64,000 bases of DNA from Tubulanus polymorphus (taxonomy: Eukaryota > Animalia > Nemertea), in assembly GCF_964204645.1 (NCBI RefSeq), contig NC_134034.1:11606962-11670961 (forward strand), read 5' to 3'. The notes beneath the pieces were generated by a model that saw nothing but the letters and a program-made list of their open reading frames with translations, did not search any database and was not told the origin of the DNA. How positions within the stretch are numbered: position 1 is the stretch's first letter; every line of letters starts with the position of its first letter. The translations under genes were made by a program, and so were the position numbers. Of this stretch, positions 35,901-48,000 are shown one piece after another.

Positions 35901-38900
35901 TGAACGCGTTTCGCCTCCGAGATGATATAACTGTATTGATCGATAACCGATTGCGAAACGTCGTTCAGCGAATCGGTGTGATGATCTATCTGGATTCCTG
36001 CAACGAGAGTTTTAAAACGTGACTGCTTCTCTTTAAATCCCCCTATGACATCGTCGTATTGATACAACTAATGTCTATTTCAACTTGGCTTGATAGCGTA
36101 TCAGGTGGCCTAGCTCGGTCAGTTTTGTTGGAATATACCCAGTGTTTTCAATAAGAAATTAACAAGCCCTTTGAAAAACAGGAGGGTCCCATTATATGTC
36201 ACAGTCCCTGAAACAAAAGGTGGTTTGAAAAAACAGACGGGTCCTTTACAAACAACAGACGGGTCTGGGACCTGGGACCTGGCTCTTATTGAAAACACTG
36301 CATAACTGATAAAAGTCTTATCAGGACCAGAAAGCACTGGCAGGTGACCTAAAACATTGATTTTCAATCCATTCATCACTTTACTGAAGGATATCCAAAA
36401 ATGTCTGCACCGAAAGGGGTTGTGAAGGGAAAGGTGACTCATACATACATAAAAGAAACTCCATGATTTGAAAGTTTAACAATATGTTTCCATGTCTTCA
36501 TACCAAACTTCAGTTGGTAGGCATGGAAACATATTGTTAAACTTTCAAATCATGGAGTTTCTTTTATGTAACCCCTTTCAGTGAAGACTTTTATGCAATC
36601 CTTCGATTCAGTTTAAAATTACTTTTATCAGGTATAAAAAATGAGCGAGCTAGGCCGCCTGATGTGCTCTCAAGTCAAGTTGAAATAGACATTAGCGATT
36701 CGATCTATATAGATGTATCTTACCTCCGTGTAGATGGAAATATTGATTGTGAAATGAGAAATTTTTGCACTTGAAATCGCTGCCCAGAATTAACGGAGGC
36801 AATTCTCGTTCCGTTCTAATATCATCACCTGAAATCAGACCCGAATTCTTACGTTTATTTTTTTTGTTTGGTTTTTATCCAGTTACGAAATTCTTCTCTT
36901 AAAACCACGGAAGAGTGTGAGATGTCAGAGAGCAAAATCCAGTTCCACATTTTTGATTTTGTGAAACTGGATCCTGAAGATCAAGGGCAGATCTAACATT
37001 CTTTGACGGTGTGGGCCTGAAAATTCGAATTTAGAAAACTTAGGACGAAAAGGGCACTTATCAGGGCCCGGTTGGTTTTTATATTAGTGTTTTTAAAATT
37101 TATGCAAAATTTCACCCAGTCCTGGCAGTGTGGCTGTCTCCACAGTGATCTAAGTTGCTCTACAATCCTAGAGTTCTGTGGTACATCGGACACTAAGGTT
37201 CTTAGTGAACGCGAAATATTTTTTCAGAAGGCACGTTCGAATCTTTAAGGGCTGAACAAGTTTATCCGCTAAAACCGCCCTTAAAGACTGTGAAACCGGG
37301 TTGAGTTAGAGCAGCTTACCGATGAGAGGAACGAGAAGTTGATTGACGTCCGGTATTTTCATACGTTTTCTCATGCCGATCAGAAACGGCGTCAGAAACC
37401 CGATGAATTTCAACACGGCGAGCTGTCGCCGCACCTCCGGTTTATTACCGAGATTCTGTCGTATGATCTGCTGATGCAGCAACAATCGAGCGTTCAAACG
37501 TTCGTAGCCGTCGTGATCGATACGATCTTCGGTCAGACGTACGACGTTTCCGACCAGCCAATCGGAGTCGAGCACGAACAGGTTTTTGAACATGCGCACC
37601 GAGCGTTGGTACAACGTCATCGACATCGACAGGTCGTCGACGTGACTCGCGAAGAATCGTCGCTCGTCGGCGAGTTCCGCGTCCGACGTCTGCTCGTCCG
37701 GCAGCTGATCGTAAACGCGGGAATAATCCGGATCTTTAGTGATATCCATCATCCCTACAAAAACAATATTTACATTAAAAACGTCGATAATATTTTGATA
37801 TCGGTCGCAAAAAAAATGTGAGATCTGTGGCAATAGATGAAGTTACAATATCCACCACCAGACGGCGTGACTGTTCAGTGAATCAATATTAACTGTCCTT
37901 CAGCATACTCGCTATATAAATTGGATCCTCACTTGCCACAAGTGGAATCCTCTATTGTCGCAGTAGTTGATGCCTTACTGCAGACTAGCGACACCTGGTG
38001 GTTCCTCACTTGCTACAAGTGGAATCCTTTATGGCCGCAGTAGTTGATGTCCTACTACACACTAGCGACATCTAGTGGATCCTCACTTGCCACAAGTAGA
38101 ATTCTCTATTGCATGCTCGTAAATGTTATACTGCACACTAGTGACACCAAGTGGATCCTCACTTGCCACAAGCAGAATTCTCTATTGCATGCTCGTAAAT
38201 GTTATACTGCACACTAGCGACACCTAGTGGATCCTCACTTGCCACAAGTGGAATTCTTTTTTGCATGCTCATAAATGTTATACTGCACACTAGCAACACC
38301 TGGTGATATAAAGTGTAAACGTACGTACCTGCGGTAGTGAATTCAGTTAACAATGGTTTCCTCGTTTCGGGTTTCCCGTTGGAATTCACGTCCAAATTCT
38401 GTCGCCAACGTTCCGAGAATTTCGTGCGTTTCTCCTTCGGGAAGTAAGCGCCGTGCCAGAGGGCTTTCATCGTGTAGTCGACGTTGATCATGATCTGTCC
38501 GACTTTGGTGTCGATGTACGCGGGCGGTATCTGACACGCGGTGCTCTGATCGTAGTTCGGCTCCAGCGCGCAGCACGGCGTCTGATTCAGTGAGTAAATA
38601 CCGACTGTTAACTCGCGTACGATCTGATGCAACTCGCGCATATCCATCGCCGCGACGTCCGAGTCGATCGGGATTAAAAACGCGGCCGCGGACTCCGAAA
38701 ACGCGGGTATCTCGGCGACCAGTCCGTGCGGCGCGTCGGTCGGGATGCGGAAATCGTCGGACGATAGCATCCAATGAGACGCCGTGTAACCGAGCAGTTC
38801 TTGACATTCGTAACGGTCGCATTTTTCGAAACTTTGAATCGCGTATCGCGCCGCGGGGGACGAGGTGATGTCCTCTTTCTCGGACGCGGTGTCAGCATCG

Positions 38901-38953
38901 CGAGCTGAGTTAGCGCCACCTTTATTCTGTCCGATAACCGGGGTACTGGACAT
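20911..38953 (-). CDS. ANKAR: Ankyrin and armadillo repeat-containing protein, 20 coding exons, ~1460 aa
   Basis: Exons: 38329-38953, 37320-37754, 36724-36828, 35826-35997, 34672-34855, 33772-33994, 32716-32917, 31875-32083, 31421-31525, 30574-30987, 30391-30484, 27844-27991, 27182-27335, 25586-25747, 24422-24651, 23713-23871, 23412-23529, 22659-22965, 22143-22192, 20911-21197. All GT-AG and in frame, total 4383 nt. Ankyrin repeats (GPTALHLAA, GWAPIHHAA, STPLLLAA) are followed by ARM repeats (GGIAPLVALL, GGIQPLVRLI), after an N-terminal region containing IPPAYIDTKVGQIMINVDY. Confidence 0.88.
22268..22658. repeat. 23-31-bp tandem repeat (ACTGATTTGATATT...) starting at the ANKAR exon 18 donor
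   Basis: About 14 units with a graded change from ..TTACCGGTGAG to ..TCCCCCATAGA variants. Confidence 0.85.
23101..23400. repeat. 20-bp tandem repeat (AGAACTGTGGAACTGGGTCC)
   Basis: About 14 copies; derived from the MITE C terminus. Confidence 0.9.
23974..24225. mobile_element. MITE B (23974-24102) and MITE C (24118-24225)
   Basis: MITE C has TIRs G(G/A)(T/C)CCAGTTCCACAG. Other C copies are at 34889-34998, 41220-41327 and ~45462-45551. Confidence 0.8.
24735..25090. repeat. 52-bp tandem repeat partly derived from MITE A
   Basis: Unit GAGACTGGTCTTAAGTTGTTAGATTGACTATATGTAACTTAACCCCAATGCACT-like, about 6-7 copies. Confidence 0.85.
25259..25494. mobile_element. MITE with CAGGGTCC(A/G)ATC TIRs (hAT-like, tentative)
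   Basis: Inverted termini and subterminal ACTTGCCC/GGACAAGT repeats. Confidence 0.6.
25843..27130. repeat. 49-bp satellite (AAACTAAGAGAGTAGTGACGTTTAGACTCAATTCTATGAGCCATTTTC), about 26 copies
   Basis: Direct inspection; it fills most of ANKAR intron 13. Confidence 0.95.
27458..27621. mobile_element. MITE family E copy (inverted)
   Basis: Reverse complement of 4465-4628. Confidence 0.8.
28020..28265. repeat. ~42-bp tandem repeat, same family as 889-1425
   Basis: CCCACACAACTGTGGAACTGGG units. Confidence 0.85.
28998..30008 (+). CDS. Intronless class A (rhodopsin-like) GPCR, FMRFamide/peptide-receptor-like orphan, nested antisense in ANKAR intron 11
   Basis: 336-aa ORF with 7 hydrophobic segments. 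TM1 GTVLN, TM2 LAALTVADG, TM3 VTFERLASISFP, TM5 VPFLLLFVGN, TM6 FEFP, TM7 DSLINVFIY and helix 8 NPKFRK. It lies inside the ANKAR intron 27992-30390. Confidence 0.9.
   Translation: MLAHLKPLVYAGGNKTCQANAIVWSRIYIHTLINGPIAAIGTVLNVVCFLVVRKFAHRPTYFLLAALTVADGLYQLVSIPEYSVGLLLRYLEYGDKLIYLHPALTLPQLDAYLAPVRFAAFHERNWLIVCVTFERLASISFPLRSKSWFGKRVLRTIVCSTAVVNALLVLPLFLMEIRGPIAFRKCDYFRGEKFYFGSYIKWNPLKGRYTRTLSTYVGSAVPFLLLFVGNICLIFKIVAARRNRPRNLNSNAKDVAAGNRMAFVVTVSIVTAHLIFEFPHAFFMLNYDFAWIEFRFPMIGQIGSQIDSLINVFIYSVINPKFRKTAKETFCAKKRI
31025..31158. repeat. 23-bp tandem repeat CCTACAGATCAGTCATTCCTGAT x6
   Basis: Direct inspection; related to 34020-34370. Confidence 0.9.
34020..34450. repeat. ~45-bp tandem amplification of a CAGGGTCCCTACAG MITE left end, with the right TIR (TGTAGGGACTCTG) at ~34436-34448
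   Basis: About 8 units of AACAGGGTCCCTACAGATCAGTCATTCCTGGATATAAGCAGTTTT. Confidence 0.8.
36067..36695. mobile_element. Foldback family F copy with a nested TIR element (36140-36300)
   Basis: Same termini as 10030-10555. The inserted element has TIRs CAGTGTTTTCAATAAG / CTTATTGAAAACACTG. Confidence 0.8.
37922..38306. repeat. ~76-bp tandem repeat x5, each unit with a CTCF-like motif
   Basis: Units TGGATCCTCACTTGCCACAAGTGGAAT...ACTAGCGACACCTAGTGG in ANKAR intron 1. Confidence 0.85.
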
Positions 38954-40236
38954 TTTGCTGCGTCCCGGCGATTTTTTAGGATACTGGGATTTTGGGATTA
39001 CAATGATTACATATCTATCTTAAGATTCCAGAAGGGATTTAGGTTAAGGATACGGACGCGGTACCGGTACTCGTCAGGGAGACGCCTCTAAAAACTGCAG
39101 TCTCCAGCACAAAAGTTTATTACATTTTCGCTTCAAATTTGCTGTAAATTCGTAAATTCTGTCACTATGGACGCCATACATAAATTCGGAATCGATACCG
39201 GACTTCCCGACCGGGCCCGTTTCCGAGACACTTGCCCGCCATATTCGCTTCCCTAAGTTGGAATTTGACGGGTTCTGGGATAATCGCGTCACTGCGTTCG
39301 TCTTTGGACGGGTTTTACGGCAACTCGCTTGCCTGTGTTCGTGCCATTCTCCAAAGTGGCTGAATAGTCACCTTACCACTAACGATTAGATCAAAATCGA
39401 GTGAAGCACTTAGAAATAAACACCAAAGTGTTTTCCGAAATTGACAAGTGTTCATCAAATATCCTGTCGATGATCGCATGAACAAATTTTCTAGATCGTT
39501 GCCTTTGTCGTTGGAAGTATCTCGCCCGATGGCACTTCGGATCCAGCGTGACACCCGAATGGTGCTTTAAACAGATCACAGATGTGAAATTTCGATTCGG
39601 CCCGATCTTGTATTTAAAACCGAAACTAATCTTCTCGCTATTCATTGCTGATGAGGCAGAGGCGAATTGTAGCAGCGACAACGAGTTCAGAAGGTAGGAT
39701 TCAAATGACATGAGTGCGCAATTGTCGTCGACATTGATTCTCTAAATGTGTTTTTTACAAGGGTAGCCTTTAAAAAGCAACCGCGAGTTCAGAGCTACAA
39801 CCAAATATCAAATGATTCACTAGGATAAAATAACTCAAATAGCAATGGACTACTAAAATTAAATGCGGATGATTTATTTACGAATTTGAACTACTAAAAA
39901 ACGAAATCTATTTATTAAATCGAAAATTCGAAAGAATTGGAGTTACCATCGTAATTGTAAATCATTTATAGTTTTAACAATGATAAAATGAAAATATAAT
40001 AGTAAAACTAGTAATTTTTTAGATAAAATCTGACGATGGTTGGAAACGTGAGAAAAAACAAAAACAGTTATTTCACGCGATGCGACCATATAAGAGACTT
40101 ATCGTTATTCTATTTCATAAAATTTTCAGCGCCTCCTGTGTGCGGCCATTCTTCTATTGCGGCCAAGTCTTGTGATAAATACTTTTTGATGTGTGGTGAC
40201 ATTTTCAATATTCTCTTAACAGAATCGACGCAGAAG

Positions 40237-40764
40237 ATGTTTCGTGTAGCGGTCTGTGTTCTTGTAGTGACGCTTTTACTTCAACGAGTAGAATCCAAAC
40301 CCGTAAACAGTAAGGCCAATATCAGCGCGGATCAGAATCAGGCTGATGCAGAAAAAGCTGTGAAGAAAATACTGAAAATGCCAGTCAATGGCGTGAAAAA
40401 TGAAAACGAAGAGGTCGAAGATATCGTGAAAGCTGTCAAAGATGGCCGCGTCAGCGACATCGCAGAAGCTGTGAAATCAATCGATGTCGATTACCTGGTA
40501 AACGCTGTGAAAGAGAAAGGTGTCGCGGGCGTTGGACAGGCTCTGGAAACTATCAAACGGGACAGTTCGAAATTGAAACAAGAGTACAGCGCAGCGGCTA
40601 GAATACTGTATTCGCGGAAACGGAAAGCCGACTCGCAAGCCGATCAGATCGTCAGAGATGTCGATGATATCGTGAATGCCGTTGAACGCGCAGACGTCAA
40701 AGATATCGAAGCGTTGAAAAATGCGGACGACATCGAGAAAGTGGTTAAGGATACAAAACAATAA
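40237..40764 (+). CDS. Orphan secreted protein/peptide precursor, 175 aa, with amphipathic helical repeats
   Basis: The ATG at 40237 follows a polypyrimidine-AG acceptor (40221-40222). Signal peptide MFRVAVCVLVVTLLLQRVES; internal repeats [DE]V[DE]DIV[KN]AV; basic clusters KK, KR, RKRK; AATAAA at 40935-40940. Codon style matches the neighbouring exons. Confidence 0.7.
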   Translation: MFRVAVCVLVVTLLLQRVESKPVNSKANISADQNQADAEKAVKKILKMPVNGVKNENEEVEDIVKAVKDGRVSDIAEAVKSIDVDYLVNAVKEKGVAGVGQALETIKRDSSKLKQEYSAAARILYSRKRKADSQADQIVRDVDDIVNAVERADVKDIEALKNADDIEKVVKDTKQ

Positions 40765-42054
40765 ACCGGTGATAATGAAGATTTGGGCCCCGTCTTCAAT
40801 TTTGGTCATTTGTGATCCTTAAAACACGGTTAATGAAACACAAGTGATGACGGATCGACTAAGGGAAGGCCGTGTTACAGGGGTGTGCGCAGCCCCTAAA
40901 AATATCAAGTTGCCTTTCTTGAAATTATATGCAAAATAAAAAGCATTAAACCGATACCTGAAAAGTTGAAATTCATTGTTCTTCGTATTTCCGAAGTGAG
41001 TTAATATTTTCCGATGAGTATTTTTCAGGTTAGATAGTATGACCTATTGCGCCGGATGCACCCCCACTAAATCAGACCCTTCCACCCATGATACTTCTAT
41101 CATCTAAAAAGATGATTGTCGAAATCTTAACTGCCAGTGTTGAATTGGACCCAGTTCTGCCTCAGTTGTGAGTTAGGACTTCGGATTTCTATTATTGGAA
41201 AACTTAATTTCGAACCCTGGGTCCAGTTCCACAGTTCTGAGTTAAGATTTGACCCTGGGTTAAAACATTGAAAATGAACTAACTTTAACTCAGAGTTAAC
41301 TCTAACTCACAACTGTGGAACTGGGTCCTGAGTTTTAAAATCTACCTATGGAGCTGGGTGGATCAACACTCAGAATCAAAGTTTTTACTCGAGATGAGGG
41401 TCCAATAGGTGGCTATTTGCAGGCCTGCTGTTATCAAGAATAATTAAACGTTTCCGCCAATTTTGCAAAAGACTCAACAAATAAACTAGGGTTGAAATGG
41501 TATTTCCCTAGCAGTTAGTTAATTTGTGCGGTTTTACAATACTGGAGCATTCCGAGCATTCCACGGATTTCACCCATATTTGAAACGATAAGACGCGGCC
41601 CGCCCAACAGCTCTCCCGTCACGGCTTGATTTCTCCTAGGAATAATATTGACGTTCCCCAGGAGGGGCTTCCACTGGCAGGCGAGCCACGACGTGGCTAA
41701 ACTCGGCACTACCTCGACGCAATCCACGGTCCAGAGACAACAGAAATTCGAGCTTGATTGTCGATGCATTTTATAGCCACATTTGGAAAGAAAATCACTT
41801 GAATATCATTCTTGAACTTTTGTTTACATAGTTTAGATTTTTCTCACCAGTCAAACAATAGAAAAATAAATCTAGACACAATTTTACACATTTTACCGAT
41901 TTGAATGATTCGGGATTCGAACCTACTCCATCGCGAACGAGCCGTCGCGAATGTCATCGAATACCGGCGAAATATGACATGTCCGCAATATGAGGAAATA
42001 AACATCAAAATTTACCCTTAATAACGTCGGATTTCTAGCGATTTCGACCCCGAA

Positions 42055-45000
42055 ATGTTCAAGAAACTTCGCCAGAAGATAGAACAGGCGGCCGAGCAGA
42101 TACCAGCTAAAGCTGAATCTGTAGTTCGAGCGGGAAAGGTAAAAAATCCAACTATTTCGACGACATCTGTCAAAAACTCAAACCCGGAAGTAAAATTGGT
42201 GTTTTCGTTTTTTTAATGTTTTCGGCGTCATCGTCGATTCCGATCGACCAGGACATTTGTAAAATTGAAAAAGTTAATCGTTTATATAATATGTGTGAGC
42301 ATTTTGATGGTTTTCTTTTTGTCTTAAGCTTGTAATTTTCCTGGAAGCATTTCCCAAAAAAGGAGGGACTGGTGCCGGTGATGGGGACCGAGGGGAGGCT
42401 GGAGATTTTTTAAGTTACATTTTGAATAACTTCTCAAATCGTTTGAATGCTCCTCCCCCAACTTACGTCCTAGGACAGATTTTCAGGACTTGTCCCTTCC
42501 CGAAAAACATCATGACGGCCCCTGCCCTTCTTTGCTCTGTAATAGGCCTATGTCTAACCCCCTCCCCTACCCCGTTTATTGAATGTAAAATAGAATTGAT
42601 ATGAATTTTCAGCCATCGGAAGTTGATGCGTTTGCCGGACCTGCCGGTTTATCCAGTAGAAATGAGGTATCTATATAACAACTCTATATCCTCGATTCCT
42701 CGTCCTACCTACACTCAGGGAGTGGGTTTCATCTCTTTCTAGATCAGACACGGTTGAAGACAGTTTCAAGAACTCATCTCACAAATCAATATCCCATTAT
42801 CCATTTTGACCAAAATGCTTCTGGGACCAACCAATTATTGGTGCAGAGTTAGCCTACCCCCATTCCATCAGATTCAAAATTTAGCCAATTTTGACGCGCA
42901 GCTTTTCATGCGTTTATTATCGGGCCTAGATTTAAGTTCTCGAAACTGAGAAAGTGTCTTGTGATATTCTTTTAGCTTCATATCGTAGACTCTCTTGGCT
43001 TTTAGCTGCGGTCAAACCCGTTGTTAAAGAAACCGGTGAAACTGTCGTAGAAAAAGTTTTGGAAGATTTCTAAACTTCAGTTGTTAGACTTAAATAGAAA
43101 TAAACTCCTTTTCTATTACCTGAATTGTATTGTTTACCCCTCAGGAGCTTCAATCTTTAAAGCAAATTTGAGTTCAAAACTTGTTCGTTGTTTGCAAACA
43201 AATCTAAACCGCTGAAGATAAAGTTTAAAAGTTTGAAAAGAAGAGCTTTTTTCTCGGGTTGAAGTCCAAAAGTCGTCTTAAAGTTGTTTCCGGGGGATGA
43301 GCTTATGAGCTATAAAAGTTATTAGCGACTATAGAACTACATGCAAGGTTTTGAATTTTTTTCTGATTAGTTTAAGATTGAGAACCAAAACCTGGGCTTA
43401 GACCGGTCTTGAATGTAAGCCTCGCAACTGGACCTAGTCTGAATACAAGACAACGGTGCCCGTTTTTTGGGAACAACAGCTAGATTCATTTTAGACCTTA
43501 ACTGGATCCTGCTAAAGTTAGTTTAGGCCCTATTCCAGGATATTCTTAATTGCTCTAATTCATGTGTGTCGTGTGTGTATTAACTTTGCTTTTAGAAATG
43601 CTAATCGAATCAAAGCGGCGTGTTTGTTTTTAACGCTGTTCATTTTGTTTATAATTTAGGACGGTGGTGTTGATGAGGTAATGCATTCGTGGTTGTGGTA
43701 ATCCCTCTCCCTCACTCGCCAGCGGTTGCTCCGTCGATTCTACCACTGGCGAGTGTGGTATATATTTTGTGGTGGTAATTTCAACGTTAATCGCTATCAT
43801 CATCTATCTTACTCTCGAAGTTTAATGGAATTCTTACTGATTATCGATATGATGATATTTGAATCTACCCGGTCTCCAGTTCCGCAGTTGAAGTCAGATC
43901 TGATCAACTCAGAAGAAGAGTTCATGTTGGGTGTTTATTGAAATATTATCTGTCTGATCATATTTTTGAATTATATATGCAGTCGTCCGTGAATTTCCAT
44001 CTATCATTCTCTCTCAATTTTGTCCTAAAACATCCAACTTCGAGCGGGTTCTAGTAAGCCTACTCCGTACCGGTGATTTTAACACTTCAGACACAACTGT
44101 CGAATCCGTCGGGTTCTTTAAACCCTGGGCTCAGTTGCACAGTCAAGTCCAAATGTATTCTCAAATCTGAAGATAAGCCGTCAGTTGTTAGATTGGTTAT
44201 AGGACACCGAAATGACTGTGGTTATATGTTGATAGATTGATTGCGCAACTGACCCCCATAATTTGGTAAATTACTATTAGATTTCTCTGCCTCATATTTT
44301 CCTATCTTTTATATACATATTGAAATTATACCTCGACAATAATTCGACGAATCGGTATCATCTGTGAAAGTGCATTTCACGTCAATATTTTACCTATTCT
44401 AGCGGAGATAATTATTGCGTTTTAATTTGTTTGTATTATGAAGTGGTAACATGTGCGATCAGTCAGATATATTCGATACTGTTCGTACTGTATTTATACA
44501 TCAGTCTATGTATGGTGGTTCAGTTTAAAGGTTCGTAGCTGAAAAACCTTTTTCATCCGGAGGAGACCAGTTTCCACATTAGATTGTCCGAGGCAAAGTG
44601 AAATTATCGATTAATTTGAAATTTTGCTGTTGGTAATTTCTTGTTTTTGATACTGAAATGATTATTTCGAGGGTAAACCCATTCAAAACGTCTGTGAATA
44701 ATTTAATATCTTCGTTATTTCATTTCAGCCGAAACCTGTAATACCGAGTGACGATGGCCCCCACCGACATAACCCAGCGGTATGTATGCTCTGACTTTGT
44801 TGTTAGATTGGCTATGGAACCAAAATGAGCTTAGCCTGGTCTTAAGTAGCTCGATTAGCTATAGAACTAAGTTGGACTTATACTGGTTTTAAGTACCGGT
44901 AGTTCGATTAGCTATATCGACTGATCGTCTTAGACTGGTTTTAAATGAAAGCCATGAGACTGCAACCGATTTTACTCGACCTCAGTGTAGACCGTGCACA

Positions 45001-48000
45001 GTTTTGAATCAGTTTTTATTTCCTGCTCACAGGGGGCGTACGGAGGTGATCTCATGGCGTTCGACTCCGCACCACCGACTCCGACTAAAGATCCCTCTAT
45101 TGGTACATCAGTAGACGAACTGCCGGCCACGTTGCAGTTAGACGCGTCGAATTCGTCGCAAATAGTCGAAAATTCACGAAGATCTTCGATCAGTTCTATC
45201 ACTAGTGAAGGTATGTGTAAGGCATTGAAGTTATTTATAGAAAAGCCCGGGCTGATCTAACGCCTGGAAAACCTGGAAAAATGAGGGAATCAGAAAAATA
45301 TGGAAAAAACAGGGACAACTCACTGAATTTGGATATACCTTGTGTTTTATCAGTACGAGATTAGATGAATTGATTGAATAGTAACATTTTAAATCTACTA
45401 ATTTCTCTGATTCATTCAGGGATTCTGTGTAATCGCATGAAATAATCATGGAAAAATCAGTGCCAGTTCCACAGTTGTGAGTTAAGATTTGACTCACTGA
45501 AAATCTTTAACTCAGAGTTAACTCTTTAACTCACAACTGTGGAACCGGGCCTAGGGGATTTGTAAATGGACGGAAAGTGTAGGCACCCTGAAGCCCTATT
45601 TTCAGATTTTAAAAGAAAGATTGATGCGATACTAAATTGAGTTTTAAAATGTTTTCTCTCCGCGTGTGAACAGGGCCGATGAATTCATCGATGATGTCGA
45701 CCCCCGGTAGAGCGCCGTCGTACGTCCTACAGTCGGATATCGAGAGCGAAATAGACGAACCTCCGTCGTTTAACCTCGACAATTACAGCAAGGATGAAAT
45801 ATTCGTACAATTCCAGAAAGCGGTGAAACGTCTGCAGCGATACAAAACTAGATTCAACGAGGTAGAACTACATCCGTCTGCTGTTAACCCTTTCAGCGCG
45901 TCTACACCGCAGTGCGGTGTACGAATCAGTGATAGATTATGCTAGTACACCGCACTGCGCTGTATTGATGTTATTAGTAGTTATCTCTTGAAAAATGGCA
46001 GCACGTGTCAAACATAGTGAAATACTAGTAACTAACGATACACCGCGCCGCGGTGTAGACGCACTATAGTGGTATTCCCGTTAATCAACACACTAGGGTG
46101 GAATTTTTCAGAATTTTCAAATTATCTTCAGCACTATAGGGTATTAATTAGTCAGCACTGAAAGAACTAATGTCTGTGGGGTCATTCATTAATTACGTAT
46201 GCATTGTGGGTGTCAATCTCAATTGCGTACTGTAATGCTTAATGTATATGAAATAATGGCCTATTTTGTGTACAAGGAGGTGAAGGGTTAAAAAATCAAT
46301 ATTTTATGCGTACATAGTCATAAATGAATGATCACTGTTTTCTGATTCTTGAGACTTATGTTAAGCACAATTTTTGCATCGCGTAGCTCACATAGGTTTT
46401 GAACTGACCAGGAAGATTGTCCAGTATAAATGAACCACCAATTTGAAGAATTCGCTAAAAAGGCTTTGCTCAACTTGAATCAGAGAAAAAAGAAAAGATT
46501 TCTTAAGTTTGAATATCGTTGGTTACGATCATGGCATGATCTTGATGTTATAACGCATGAAAACTTGACCTAAACTCGCTGGCTTGGTATTTTAACAATT
46601 GTATTACAAAATTTCTCAAAATGTACTGAAAAAATAGACCAAAGCACTGCTTAGTATTGATAACTTGTTATACATGAAGAAAAATTTGTTGAAATCTTGA
46701 AATTTGAATTTTCAGTTGAAAGTCGCATACAAAGACATGGACCATGACCGAGAGAAACTGAAAACGGCATTGGCAATGAGCCAAGATAAACAGTTCCGTC
46801 GGATATCGGAGTTGAAAGAGCAGACGCAACTCGATCAACTGGCGAAACAAGACCTCGAGAATAATTACCGTTTGATGTTAGAAGAAAAAGATGAACTCGT
46901 ACGAGTTCTACAAACTCAGGTGAGTTCATTAGTAACTCAAGTGAGTTTGTTACTAGCACGAGTGAGTTCCCTTAACTCTGTTGTGAGTTCTACAAATTGT
47001 GCGACCTATTTTTGTTTGAAGTGGTATCTACTGCAGAGTTCTACAGATCAGGGGAGTTTGTGGCACAAGGAACTTTATGATAAAAAACATCCCCCACTGT
47101 CTGAGGATATCTTAATCAGGGAATTTGAATTTTTGGTGTCTTGTTGTTCTTACTGGTGATGAGTGACACAATGAACCTCTTGATAAGAAACAGCTCCCAC
47201 TGAGGATATCTTATAATTTAATCAGGGAATTTGAATACCTTATATCTCATTGTTCTTGCTGGCGACGAGTGGAACAAGGAACCTCTTGATAAGAAACAGC
47301 TCCCATTAGGGTTGTCTTGTAATTTTTTGTCAAGGATCAGGGAAATATCCGGGATTTTGGATTTCCTGAACAGTGAGATCTCCGTACGAGGCAAGATTTT
47401 GAAACTGCTAGTAAAAACATGATTCATGTTTTAGGTGAAACTCCTCAAAGAAGGAAAAGAAATCCCTCCAGAATTACTCGGTGATTCGGAACCAGCGTCT
47501 GCTGCACAGAGCGGCGACCAAGCAGACGGACACGCTGCCGACGAATCGGCTACAGTTACCGCGTTGAAAGAAAAGGTAAGAAATACAGGACCAGAATAAA
47601 CACAGACCTGGAAACCTGACTCGCGTCCAGACCTGACACAAACCCAACCTTAGACAGATGTCATCCAAACTCATCTAGTTTCCCCATTCAACTCGTTTTT
47701 AGGTGAAACGTCTAGAAGTTTTATTGAACAAATGCAAAGACACGATAAAATCTAACAAAGAAAAACACGCTCAACTGATCAGTGAAAAAGACTACCTTCA
47801 AAAACAACTTCTTGAAGCTCTTAATTCACCGGTAAATTATACATATGTGCATCGATGTTATTACCTATGTCACCATCGTATTATCTGGTCTGTGTTCTCA
47901 TAGTAGAGTGGCTTTGATACCCGGTCTATAAAACTGGGCCCAGGTTGAGAATCTACCCCCAACTTTGATACTCAGTCTTTGGAACCAGGCCAAGGTTGAG

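Noticed and set aside
39074-39711. Short ORFs upstream of ANKAR
   Set aside because: No recognisable domain or consistent splice structure; probably UTR/promoter sequence.
39942-39955. RFX X-box (GTTACCATCGTAAT) upstream of ANKAR
   Set aside because: Two mismatches and about 1 kb from the ATG; not distinguishable from chance.
40036-40236. N-terminal 67 aa of the 242-aa ORF 40036-40764
   Set aside because: AT-rich, intron-like sequence ending in an acceptor at 40222; the signal peptide starts at ATG 40237.
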